A stretch of 64,000 nt of DNA from Aureliella sp. (GTDB lineage: Bacteria; Planctomycetota; Planctomycetia; Pirellulales; Pirellulaceae), in NCBI GenBank assembly GCA_963691875.1, contig OY829846.1:1280001-1344000 (forward strand). The letters are read 5' to 3'. Positions 29,265 through 39,147 of the stretch are shown here, in pieces. Position numbers and translations under genes: made by a program. The notes below the pieces were generated by a model. That model worked only from the letters and a program-made list of their open reading frames with translations, made no database searches and had not been told where the DNA came from. How positions within the stretch are numbered: the stretch's first letter is position 1; the number at the start of each line of letters is the position of its first letter.

Positions 29265-30845
29265 ATGAGCGATTCGCAACAGGCACCCGCACTGCCTGAA
29301 ATCAACGATACTTGGTTCTTCGGCCACCCCAAGGGCTTAGCAGTGCTGTTCTTTGCCGAGATGTGGGAACGATTCTCCTACTATGGCATGCGGGCCTTGC
29401 TCATCTTTTACTTGACCAAACACTGGCTATTTTCGGACAAAGAAGGCGGCATTATCTACGGTGCCTACACTTCCTTGGTATACATCACACCGGTCCTCGG
29501 TGGTTACTTAGCCGACAAATACATCGGCCAAAGAAAAGCGGTGATGTTCGGAGCGGTACTGCTCACCTTAGGTCACCTCTTTATGGCAGTAGAGGGACCG
29601 GGCGGACAGGATACTTGGCACATCAACGTTTTCTGGTTGGCTCTGGCGTTCATCATTGTTGGCTCCGGATTCTTGAAAGCCAACATTTCTGTTATCGTCG
29701 GTCAGCTTTACCCGCGGACAGATGTGAGGCGTGACGGTGCCTACACGATCTTCTACATGGGTATCAACCTAGGTGCAGCACTTGGTTCCATCCTATGCGG
29801 ATACATTGGTGAGAAAGTGGGCTGGAGCTACGGCTTCGGACTCGCCGGGATAGGCATGTTGCTGGGGCTGATCGTGTTCATTATGGGCAAGCCCTTATTG
29901 CATGGGCGTGGCGAATCGCCGGCGCCTGAGAAACTCAAAGAGCAAGTTGGTCCCGTCAATTTTGAATGGTTCCTGTATGGCCTAAGTATTCTGGCTGTCT
30001 TCGTCTGCTGGTGGCTTATCCAGAACCAGCAACTAGTCGGTTATTTGCTCGGAATCTGTGGGCTCGCACTCGTTGCTTATGTGATTCTTACAGCGGTGAT
30101 TTCCCTGGAAGCACACGATCGAGATCGCATCTTTGCTGCTCTTTTCCTGATCTTTGGGTCGATCCTATTTTGGGCACTTTTCGAACAAGCGGGATCGTCG
30201 CTCAACTTACTAACCGACCGGATGGTAGATCGAAACATATTTGGTTTCGATGTGGCGGCCTCAGTATTCCAGTCAATCAACGCGATTTACATCGTCCTCT
30301 TTGCACCTGTGCTCGCCTTTCTTTGGGTGCGCCTTGGACGAATGGGGCTTGAACCCTCCGCTTCCGCCAAGTTTGGTCTGGGAATGATTCAGCTGGGTGC
30401 TGGATTCTTAGTGTTAGTATTTGGTGCTACGCAAGCCGGGTTGGGCGAGTTGACTCCCGTGATCTATATCTTTTTGATCTACCTGCTACATACCCTTGGT
30501 GAACTGTGCCTTTCACCTGTAGGCCTAAGTGCGATGAATCGCCTTTCCCCAGCGAACTTGGCGTCTGTCATCATGGGAACCTGGTTCTTTGCGTCCGCTG
30601 CAGGAAACTATGCAGCTGGCCTAATCGCGAGTGCGACAGGCTCGGGTAGCCTTGAAGGCGGCTCAGAGGAAATGGTTCCAGGTAGCCAAGAAGCCATCGA
30701 CTACATGACAACCGTTTCGAACGTCTACACTACGATCGGATGGGTAGCAATTGCGGCTGGCGTTGCTTTCATCGTGATTTCACCCGGCGTAAAGTGGCTG
30801 ATGCACCTTGATACGTTGCAGGACGCAGATGAAGCGGCTGCCTAG
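29265..30845 (+). CDS. POT-family di/tripeptide:H+ symporter
   Basis: GHPKGL, EMWERFSYYGMR, FYMGINLG, GELCLSPVG. Confidence 0.95.
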   Translation: MSDSQQAPALPEINDTWFFGHPKGLAVLFFAEMWERFSYYGMRALLIFYLTKHWLFSDKEGGIIYGAYTSLVYITPVLGGYLADKYIGQRKAVMFGAVLLTLGHLFMAVEGPGGQDTWHINVFWLALAFIIVGSGFLKANISVIVGQLYPRTDVRRDGAYTIFYMGINLGAALGSILCGYIGEKVGWSYGFGLAGIGMLLGLIVFIMGKPLLHGRGESPAPEKLKEQVGPVNFEWFLYGLSILAVFVCWWLIQNQQLVGYLLGICGLALVAYVILTAVISLEAHDRDRIFAALFLIFGSILFWALFEQAGSSLNLLTDRMVDRNIFGFDVAASVFQSINAIYIVLFAPVLAFLWVRLGRMGLEPSASAKFGLGMIQLGAGFLVLVFGATQAGLGELTPVIYIFLIYLLHTLGELCLSPVGLSAMNRLSPANLASVIMGTWFFASAAGNYAAGLIASATGSGSLEGGSEEMVPGSQEAIDYMTTVSNVYTTIGWVAIAAGVAFIVISPGVKWLMHLDTLQDADEAAA

Positions 30846-30872
30846 TATCGGCATACTTTTTTCGTGAATACT

Positions 30873-30906
30873 ACAGCCTTCCTTTCCCGGAAGGCTGTTT
30901 TCGTTT
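30873..30906 (+). terminator. Rho-independent terminator
   Basis: ACAGCCTTCC/GGAAGGCTGT stem with T-rich tail. Confidence 0.7.
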
Positions 30907-31103
30907 TGGTGGTGCTTAAATCACAAGTGCACCTGAGCGACGGCAGAATCGACGCTCATTGCGACGAGCTTCGACTTCCGCAACAGTCTAATGTGGGCGC
31001 ACTGCGAACCACTTGAATGTCAGCTTGTCTTAATTCATTGGCCTTGCAATCTCGACTTGATCTTGCAGATCGCAGCAGCCCTTGGCAAAATATCCACTTC
31101 GCC

Positions 31104-31185
31104 GGAGGATATCCGAATGGTTAGGAAGCTGATTCGAAATCAGTCGCTGGTCCGCCAGTTGCGGGTTCGAGTCCCGTGTCCTCCG
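31104..31185 (+). tRNA. tRNA-Ser(CGA), atypical acceptor/D-arm junction
   Basis: GGAGGAT/GTCCTCC acceptor, GCTGA-TTCGAAA-TCAGT anticodon arm, GCTGG/CCAGT variable arm, TTCGAGT T loop, discriminator G. Confidence 0.9.
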
Positions 31186-31366
31186 CTCAATAAAAATAAG
31201 GGTGAAACGCACTTTTCAAAGCGCTGCACCCTTTCTTCATTTTAGGCAGTATGACGTGAATTTTCACGTCACGGCATACCGGCCTCAATACCACCAGCGC
31301 TCGCTTCATGCGGCATAACTAGCCAGAGAGCTACGGAATTTGGCAGTGGTCTTGGGTGAGTGACAT

Positions 31367-31666
31367 TCAACGGTAGATTTCGACCGCGATAATCTTGCGT
31401 ATCCTGCCTTCAACAACGACTACATCCCCCGTCCTCAGGTCACGAACTCGCTTTTTGGTTTCGCATTTGATCTTGGGGCGTTGAGTATCTGTACGCCAAA
31501 CCATTAACCGAGGCACGGCTCCTTTGAGGTCTTTGAAGTGGAGCAAGATTGCGTGACAGTTTTCGATTGTCACGTTTGCTGAGCAGTACCGATCCCTAGC
31601 TATGTTGTCACCGTCCATACCTGAATCGTCGGCCAGTCGGGTGACACCTTTGGTCCTGAGAAGCAT
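31367..31666 (-). CDS. Small hypothetical protein
   Basis: Beta-rich C-terminus VRDLRTGDVVVVEG; start uncertain. Confidence 0.5.
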   Translation of the reverse strand: MLLRTKGVTRLADDSGMDGDNIARDRYCSANVTIENCHAILLHFKDLKGAVPRLMVWRTDTQRPKIKCETKKRVRDLRTGDVVVVEGRIRKIIAVEIYR

Positions 31667-31875
31667 TTGAAAAAGGCGGCTTGGTTTATTTTGGGTCGCT
31701 TTCCAGCTGCGATCGCTGGCGACATCTCGTCAAACAGAAATCGGAACGATTATCACCCATTCAAAAAAAATGCGAACAACGGATATTTGCCGCAATCTTA
31801 CGCGTGACGCGAAACCCTAGGATGCATCAGTTGGTGTGGACTATGTCCGGTATTGCGTAAAGAGCATCTACATTC

Positions 31876-32676
31876 TTGGAAGGAAGCGTGAATACACTCC
31901 AGAGATTTAGCGTTTGGGTTGCTCTCTGTATTTCATTTGGCGGCTGCTCCACAGACACTAGGAATAAAAACATACCGGGTGGACAAGCGAGCACTGCGAC
32001 TGAATCGGATGCGTCCGAGCAGTTTCTGCTTGGCGAAGAGTGGTACAGGAAGAAGGACTACGCGGAAGCGTTGTAGTGGTACCGGAAGGCAGCCGAGCAA
32101 GGATATGCGAAGGCTCAGTACTCCATAGGTTTGATGTACTTTTAAGGCTACGGCGTTCCTGAGGACTACGCGGAAGCGGTAAAGTGGTACCACAGGGCGG
32201 CCAAGCAAGGGAATGCACAAGCTCAGTGGACCCTAAGTATTCGCTACGACAACGGATTAGGCGTGGAGCAGAACCTTGTGGAGGGCGTGAAGTGGCACCA
32301 AAAGGCAGCTGCACAGGGCAATGCTGGGGCTCAGTACCACCTAGCTGGCCATTACGAACTCGGAGGGAGCGTACCGCAAGACCTCGTCGAAGCCTACTCA
32401 TGGTATTTGGTTGCTACCAAGGGCGGTTGGGACAAAGCGGTGCAGAGTCGCGACGAGACTAAACGGAAACTTAGTGAGAGCCAAATAGCTCTAACGCAAC
32501 GCCGCGCGGCTGACTTGTTTAACAAGTACGGCAGCGGTAAGTGGGCAGCCTGGGGGCTGGTCTGTTTCGCGTTACGCCCTATGAATCCTTCTTCGGCTTT
32601 GCCTCTGATTTGCTGGATTCGGGCGACGTTTCGGATTTTCCCTTCTCTTTCTTTTTCGGCGGCTTTGCTTCCTTAA
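31876..32676 (+). pseudogene. Sel1-repeat lipoprotein pseudogene
   Basis: One frame with lipobox FGGC and Sel1 repeats (WYRKAAEQG, WYHRAAKQG, WHQKAAAQG), broken by TAG 32074-32076 and TAA 32143-32145. Confidence 0.85.
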
Positions 32677-33115
32677 AACCGGCTTTCAGCAGCTCAGGGT
32701 ACCCCGCCTTGATTGGCCGCATGTCGTAACCTTTTTCTTTCAGTAGTTTGCCAGCCAGCAAAACACGGCCACCACTGAAGCAATGGCAGTAGATCGGCTT
32801 GTCCTTGGGCAGGCCTTTCAAGGTTTTCTTGCTGAGTTTGTCAGCTTTGATTTCCGAAAGCGGCACAAACTTGGCTCCCTTCAAGTGCCCTTCATCCCAT
32901 TCGTAGTCTTCACGCACATCAATGATGACAGCTTCCTTCTTCTTGACTCGTTTGAGAATGACGTCGAGCGGGTCTGCGCTGTGACCGGACTCGGTGAATT
33001 TGGCTTCCTCCTTCTTTGATTCTGCTAGCTTGGGATCGGCCTGCTTGGTTTCCGTTTCTTGCGCCAAAATTGGAGCTTGAAGTACGCAAAATAATATCGC
33101 GAAATGCCGAATCAT
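32579..33115 (-). CDS. Secreted rhodanese-like domain protein
   Basis: Signal peptide, IDVRE..EW..GH, HCFSGGR. Confidence 0.85.
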   Translation of the reverse strand: MIRHFAILFCVLQAPILAQETETKQADPKLAESKKEEAKFTESGHSADPLDVILKRVKKKEAVIIDVREDYEWDEGHLKGAKFVPLSEIKADKLSKKTLKGLPKDKPIYCHCFSGGRVLLAGKLLKEKGYDMRPIKAGYPELLKAGFKEAKPPKKKEKGKSETSPESSKSEAKPKKDS

Positions 33116-33336
33116 GATTTTCCCATGTGTTTGTAAGTGGCTTAAAACCTGCGGATACGAAGCGGATTTCATGTAACCCTGTGCCGCAGCGTGGTAAATA
33201 TTATCGCAGCCGAATCGCCGAATCACCAGCAGGATAGCGAATGTTCCCAGATGAGACGTTCGGTTTTATCCAGAGTCCTGGGGCGAGGAGTTACGAGCTG
33301 TAGGAGGAATCGACCACGTATTGCTAACAAAGTAAA

Positions 33337-35286
33337 ATGAGTACTTTCCCCATCCATCCCGCCTCAATCAAAACTTTCTCGATGATACTCCAACCGAAGA
33401 CTTGGTGTCTAATAGTCTTGTTCTGCCTGCCCATTCCAAGCGTGCATGCCCAGCATGACCATGGAGATTCAGAGGTAAAGGCTCCTCGGATTTTCCTCGA
33501 CAAGAGCGCTCGGATCGTCGAGTACCAGCTAAAACGCCTCTCGAATCAACAACTGCTTGCCGTCGAAACGGCGACAGATGATAAGAAATACCTACCCGTC
33601 TTCAACGCGATCATGACTCGTGAAGGCATGTCACGAGCTTACCGCGAATCTGCGTTGGAAAGCATAGTGGAGATTAACGGTTCCAATGCCGTTACCGAAT
33701 TGGCTAGCGCGCTGAGCGCGATAAAGGGCTCAGACGAGTCCGCCTCGCGCACCATTCAGACTCTAGCAAAAATGTTGCTGGGCCAACCGCAATCGGATCT
33801 GGCCTCGGCGTCAGAGCAGTTGGTTGGGATGACGGAAGGTGGCAGATCACTCCTGGCGTCAGTTGGCTATGGCGGTCTACTGTCTGCAGAACAATCCGCC
33901 ACGGCCTGGAAACTCGCCACCGAGTCCAAGCAGACTCCGCTGCTTCTCACTGCGATTAGTTTGATTCCAGATGTGAAGATTAGAGAATCACTGCATTCCC
34001 AGACGATCTCTTTGACCTCTTCGGCAGAAATAGAGGTTCAAAGAGCTGCTATCGAGGCTCTAGCGTTTATTCCGAGCAATCAAGCGGAGACTTACTTGAA
34101 AGTCGCCAGCTTGATTAAAACTCCAGCTCTGCGCGAAGCGGTGGTTGAAACGCTACTTTCCGTACCTGTTACATCTCGTGACACCGGGACGGGCGTAGAG
34201 CTGATTCAGTTCTTGGTCAAGTTCGCAGAAGAGACCAAACCTGAGAAGCGAACAGAGGATAGCTTCCTCGATGCGATGCAACTAGTAGATCAGTTACTTG
34301 CCAAAGCGCCATCGACGATGGCTAAGGCTTACCGTACTCGGCTAAGCGAAACCGTTGTTCGCGTCGTCCGCGTTCACACTGTAGAAGAGGAAATGCGATA
34401 CGACATACCTTACTTCGCTGTCGAAGCCGGTCGACCTGTCCAAGTCGTTTTGATCAATGAGGACTTGATGCCTCACAACTTGGTGATTTGCCAGCCGGGT
34501 TCACTAAAAGAAGTGGCGGACGGAGGATTGGCAGCTGGCCCGAACAATGGTTTGGACGGAAAGCAATACGTGCCGAAGAATGAAAATGTCCTGTTTGCCA
34601 CGAACATGATCGGCTCACTCGAGTCGGAACGGCTTACTTTTGATGCACCGAAAGAACCTGGTGAATACCCCTACGTTTGCACTTTCCCGAGACACTGGAT
34701 GCGAATGTACGGAGTCATGGTCGTAGTCGAAGATCTCGATGCTTGGCTAAAGAGTCCGCAGGAACCGAAAGATCCGATTGGCAGCAACCGCTCGTTTGTC
34801 CAGTCCTGGACCGTCAATGATTTTTCGGAGGGCCTCGAACGAGGATTAGCAGGGCGGTCGGATGCCATTGGTGAACGTATCTTTACCGAAGCAACTTGTG
34901 CCCAATGTCACAAGCTTGGTGGTTTCGGCATTGGCAATGTAGGGCCAGCTCTCGACGAGACATTCGCCAAATTTAAAGGTGACAATTTGGCGGTGTTACA
35001 AGAGATTGTAGATCCGTCTCACAGGATTGACGAAAAATACGCCGTTCGCAAGATTCTAGATTACAACGCACGCGTCTACACAGGATTAGTGATTTCAGAA
35101 GACAAGGACAAAGTCTTACTGCTTGAAAATCCGGAAGCCAAGGAGCCTACAGAGATTTTGCAGGATGATATTGAGCAGATGGTGAAAACTTCTAACTCGA
35201 TGATGCCGAAGGGCTTGATGGATCGCTTCAGCAAAGATGAAATCCTAGAGCTGCTGAGTTTTATCAAGAACCAGCAGACGAAGTAG
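33337..35286 (+). CDS. HEAT-like / azurin-type cupredoxin / cytochrome c multidomain protein
   Basis: MPHNLV and CTFPRHWMRM type-1 copper ligands; CAQCH, GPAL and SMMP heme domain. Confidence 0.85.
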   Translation: MSTFPIHPASIKTFSMILQPKTWCLIVLFCLPIPSVHAQHDHGDSEVKAPRIFLDKSARIVEYQLKRLSNQQLLAVETATDDKKYLPVFNAIMTREGMSRAYRESALESIVEINGSNAVTELASALSAIKGSDESASRTIQTLAKMLLGQPQSDLASASEQLVGMTEGGRSLLASVGYGGLLSAEQSATAWKLATESKQTPLLLTAISLIPDVKIRESLHSQTISLTSSAEIEVQRAAIEALAFIPSNQAETYLKVASLIKTPALREAVVETLLSVPVTSRDTGTGVELIQFLVKFAEETKPEKRTEDSFLDAMQLVDQLLAKAPSTMAKAYRTRLSETVVRVVRVHTVEEEMRYDIPYFAVEAGRPVQVVLINEDLMPHNLVICQPGSLKEVADGGLAAGPNNGLDGKQYVPKNENVLFATNMIGSLESERLTFDAPKEPGEYPYVCTFPRHWMRMYGVMVVVEDLDAWLKSPQEPKDPIGSNRSFVQSWTVNDFSEGLERGLAGRSDAIGERIFTEATCAQCHKLGGFGIGNVGPALDETFAKFKGDNLAVLQEIVDPSHRIDEKYAVRKILDYNARVYTGLVISEDKDKVLLLENPEAKEPTEILQDDIEQMVKTSNSMMPKGLMDRFSKDEILELLSFIKNQQTK

Positions 35287-35441
35287 ATCAACCGCTTTGT
35301 AGCTACTCGGGAATATCGGCTTCACGCATCAAGTTAGCTTGATGCCGAGCCCCGCATCCTCTGAGCCAAGGATTCTGACGAGTTCCGCTACTATTTTTCC
35401 TCTCCCCCCTTTTCTCCAACCCTTATCTAGCCAATCACTCC

Positions 35442-36464
35442 ATGCGAGCAATACAACTCCAAGAACCTAAAAACTTTGAAATCGTAGACATCGCCGAGCC
35501 GGGCGAGCCTGGACCAGGTCAGGCGTTGGTCAAAACGCATCGCATGGGAATCTGCGGAACCGACTACAGCGGTTACCTAGGAAAGATGCCCTTCTTTAGC
35601 TATCCAAGGATTCCGGGCCATGAGCTAGGTGTGGAAGTCTTGGCAGTAGGCGAAGGCGTGCATAACGTTGCCCCCGGAGACCGCTGTAGTGTAGAGCCCT
35701 ACATGAATTGCGGCGACTGCTTCGCATGTCGCAAAGGCAATTCGAATTGCTGTGACAAGTTGGAAGTCATAGGCGTGATGACTGACGGTGGACTCTGCGA
35801 GCAATTCTTAATTCGATCGGAAAAGCTCCACAAGTCCGACAAGCTTTCGTACGAGCAACTCGCCCTGGTAGAAACCCTGGCGATAGGTTGCCATGCTTGC
35901 GACCGCGGCGCACCGACAAAAGGCGATCATGTTCTGGTGATTGGTGCAGGACCAATCGGACTAGCAACGCTTGAATTCACGCGACTTACTGGCGCGACCA
36001 TCACTGTTATGGACATGGTTCAGTCTCGGCTGGATTTCTGCCGCGAAGTCTACGGAGTGCCGCACACGATTCAATTCAAAGGTGACGGCTCGGAGCTTGA
36101 GCAAGCTTTGGAGATTACCGGGGGTGACAAGTACTTTGTGGTAACAGACGCCACTGGTAGCAACAAGTCGATGGCGGCAGCGATGCAATTCGTTGCTCAT
36201 ACTGGGGCGTTGGTCTATGTGGGGATCACCACTCAGGAAGTTTCCTTCTTTCATCCGGCTTTGCACAAGCCTGAGATCACGCTCAAGGCTTCGCGTAATG
36301 CTTTACCAGCCGACTTCACGAGGATAATTTCTTTGATCGAAGACGGAACCATCAACACCGATCCGTGGATCACTCATCGAACCACTTTCGATTCAGTGAT
36401 CGAGGAATTTGAAACTTTCACAAAGCCCGAGTCAGGTGTTATCAAAGCCGTCATTGAGCTCTAA
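35442..36464 (+). CDS. Zn-dependent dehydrogenase, L-galactonate 5-dehydrogenase-like
   Basis: GICGTD, YPRIPGHE, CGDCFAC...C, GAGPIG, SRNA. Confidence 0.8.
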   Translation: MRAIQLQEPKNFEIVDIAEPGEPGPGQALVKTHRMGICGTDYSGYLGKMPFFSYPRIPGHELGVEVLAVGEGVHNVAPGDRCSVEPYMNCGDCFACRKGNSNCCDKLEVIGVMTDGGLCEQFLIRSEKLHKSDKLSYEQLALVETLAIGCHACDRGAPTKGDHVLVIGAGPIGLATLEFTRLTGATITVMDMVQSRLDFCREVYGVPHTIQFKGDGSELEQALEITGGDKYFVVTDATGSNKSMAAAMQFVAHTGALVYVGITTQEVSFFHPALHKPEITLKASRNALPADFTRIISLIEDGTINTDPWITHRTTFDSVIEEFETFTKPESGVIKAVIEL

Positions 36465-36506
36465 AATTATTCACTCTAAATTCTCGACTCTGAAGATTGG
36501 AAACTC

Positions 36507-37322
36507 ATGATTCGCTCTGCAATCACCGTGAGCTTGGTCGAAGAGGCTCGTGGTGGCCCATTTGTTTTCTGGGACGGACTAGCTGATGCCTTCGAGCGTT
36601 CGGCCGGCCTCGGCTTCGACGCTGTGGAGATTTTTGCTCCCGGTCCAGACGCTGTGAATCCTGGCGAGCTCAAGAGCCTGATCGAGCAGCACTCTTTGTC
36701 TGTCGCGGCAGTCGGTACTGGCGCCGGGATGGTCAAGCACGGCTTGAGCCTAACAGACCCAGATGCAGGAAAACGCTCCGCAGCTCGTGATTTTGTCAAG
36801 TCAATGATCGATTTCGGCGGTCCCTTCGGCGCGGCAGCCATCATCGGTTCCATGCAAGGAAAATGGGGCGGCGATTTGAGTCGTGACGCGGCTCTCAAAT
36901 TACTTGCCGAAGCGTTGAACGAACTCGGGCCTTACGCCGAGAAGCACGGTGTGTGCTTGATCTACGAACCTCTGAATCGTTATGAGACCAACTTACTTAA
37001 AACGGTTGCCGACGGAGTCGAGTACCTCAAGACACTCGACACGCAGAACGTGAAATTGCTCGCTGACCTGTTCCATATGAACATCGAAGAAGCCAACTTG
37101 GCAGACGCGATTCGAAGCGGAGCCGGGCACATCGGACACATTCACTTTGTGGATTCCAATCGCCAAGCCACTGGACTGGGGCACATGGACTACGCTCCAA
37201 TCTCGGCCGCCATTAAAGAGTCGGGCTACGATGGCTACTTGTCTGCCGAGGCATTCCCGATTCCCGATTCGCAGACTGCGGCCGAGAAGACGATCGAGAC
37301 TTTTAAGCATTTTTTTGGCTAG
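36507..37322 (+). CDS. Sugar phosphate isomerase/epimerase (xylose isomerase-like TIM barrel)
   Basis: EPLNRYE, DLFHMNIEE, HFVDSNR. Confidence 0.88.
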   Translation: MIRSAITVSLVEEARGGPFVFWDGLADAFERSAGLGFDAVEIFAPGPDAVNPGELKSLIEQHSLSVAAVGTGAGMVKHGLSLTDPDAGKRSAARDFVKSMIDFGGPFGAAAIIGSMQGKWGGDLSRDAALKLLAEALNELGPYAEKHGVCLIYEPLNRYETNLLKTVADGVEYLKTLDTQNVKLLADLFHMNIEEANLADAIRSGAGHIGHIHFVDSNRQATGLGHMDYAPISAAIKESGYDGYLSAEAFPIPDSQTAAEKTIETFKHFFG

Positions 37323-37477
37323 GTCTGCCGTTCGTCGGATCGCATGTCACTTTCCCTCGGGGAGAGTCGGCCGATAAGGGCCGGCGAGGCCCTCCCCGAC
37401 GAATAGGTTCGGCCCACCCGCACACGAGTGGGTGAGTTCTCCAGTTCTAACACCCAAATCAACCCTTGGAAACAACG

Positions 37478-38746
37478 ATGACAGATAAGTGTGAAACACT
37501 TGGCATGGCACCCAGCTTTGGTTTTGGCGATCGGATTGGCCTCGCCACGCCGGGGCATGTCGAAGCGATGAAGCGAAGCGGAGGCTCGATTGAGCCGATT
37601 TTCCCGCAACAGTCGATCCGCGAAATGACTCGGACGCAACGTACAGCTACCGAAGTCATGCAGGACGCGATGAACGGTGCTCGCGCAGCCGGTTGGACCG
37701 CTCGCATCGGTGCGGATGCAGATCACTTGAAAACACCGGATGATGTGAACATCACCGCAGCCGAAGGTTTCACTTTCTTCACCATCGACCCTTCCGATGA
37801 CGTCGACCAAAAGGCGGATGACTACGACGCAGCAACATTGCGTGATAAGTTTGCTTCCGCGAAGGAAACCGCAGCATGGTACGACGGCTACCTTGGAAAG
37901 TCACTCGAGTTGCCGAGCGGCACGAAGATCGAACTAGATGAAGAAGCCTGCATGCGAGCGGCGGTGAAGTACGGTCCTGCGATTGCACGTGCATTGGATC
38001 TGGGTAATCACATCAAAAGCGTCAATGAAGCTGCTGGGCAAGATTACGAGATTGAACTTTCCGTAGACGAAACGGATCAACCCACCACCTTGGCCGAGCA
38101 CTACATCATTGCGGATCAGTGCATTCAAGGTGGCATGAAATTGGTCAGTTTAGCGCCGCGTTTTATCGGAGAGTTGGAGAAGGGCGTAGACTACAAGGGC
38201 GATGTCGACGCTCTCGAAGCATCTTTGAATGATCATGCTGCGATAGCCGAGATGCTTGGCCCCTACAAGCTCAGTTTGCATTCGGGCTCCGACAAAATCT
38301 CGATGTACGCCGCCTTGGCACGTGCGACGAAAGGCAAGTTCCACGTTAAAACGGCTGGAACCAGTTATCTTGAAGCACTTCGGGTCGTCGCTCGACATGA
38401 CGAAGCCCTGTTCCGAAAGGTCGTTCAGTTTGGCCGCTCTCGCTACGACGTGGATAAAGCGACATATCACGTCTCGGCTACCAACGATGGTGTGCCAGAA
38501 GATAGCGGTCTAGATGCAGCTCAACTCGAGAAAACCTATCTCGAATGCTGGGCTGACGTTCCTCAAGGAGTTGGATTCACTGAACCTGGTCGCCAGATTT
38601 TGCACTGTACTTTCGGATCGACGCTGACCGATCCTGAACTTGGCCCCGCCATCCGCTCGGTGCTCGAATCAAACCCCGCCACCTACACCGAAGTACTCGC
38701 AGATCACTTCAGCCGCCACTTGGAGGCACTCCGTTCCGGTATGTAG
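37478..38746 (+). CDS. uxaE: Tagaturonate/fructuronate epimerase
   Basis: SFGFGDRIG, QQSIRE, GADADHLK, HSGSDK, HVKTAGTSYLEA. Confidence 0.9.
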   Translation: MTDKCETLGMAPSFGFGDRIGLATPGHVEAMKRSGGSIEPIFPQQSIREMTRTQRTATEVMQDAMNGARAAGWTARIGADADHLKTPDDVNITAAEGFTFFTIDPSDDVDQKADDYDAATLRDKFASAKETAAWYDGYLGKSLELPSGTKIELDEEACMRAAVKYGPAIARALDLGNHIKSVNEAAGQDYEIELSVDETDQPTTLAEHYIIADQCIQGGMKLVSLAPRFIGELEKGVDYKGDVDALEASLNDHAAIAEMLGPYKLSLHSGSDKISMYAALARATKGKFHVKTAGTSYLEALRVVARHDEALFRKVVQFGRSRYDVDKATYHVSATNDGVPEDSGLDAAQLEKTYLECWADVPQGVGFTEPGRQILHCTFGSTLTDPELGPAIRSVLESNPATYTEVLADHFSRHLEALRSGM

Positions 38747-39147
38747 CGGATCTGGCAAAACGACTTGCATCGCAAAAGCCGCTCGGCTTCAAATTCCAAT
38801 CATTCAATCCGGGCCGCTGAGCTGACATTCAGCGTCGGGCCAACCGATGACAATTTGTCTACCGTCTAGATCGGTGCGCGCAAGATGCCACAAAACAAGG
38901 TTCCTTAGACAAGACTGGAAAGAACAAAGAAGTAAGACGAGATTCAAAAGTAAGACTACTAAAAGCAGATGGAGTCGTTAGATGGAATTGCCTAGACTCC
39001 CAAAGTCTTATTTTGCCATCGGGGGCGGTTGTTTAGAGCAAGCCGCATTCCGAAAACTCATCGTCGCCTTACCGCTAGATTGCCGTCTTTTACATATCCA
39101 GACAGACCGTCCACTGCCCAAAGCGAGACAGAAGGGAATCGGTTGGA

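Noticed and set aside
31104..31185. tRNA-Sec to serve the selenoprotein
   Set aside because: Anticodon is CGA, not TCA, and the long D stem of tRNA-Sec is absent
32074..32145. Pyrrolysine or amber read-through in the Sel1 gene
   Set aside because: A TAA stop follows in the same frame; simple nonsense mutation is more parsimonious
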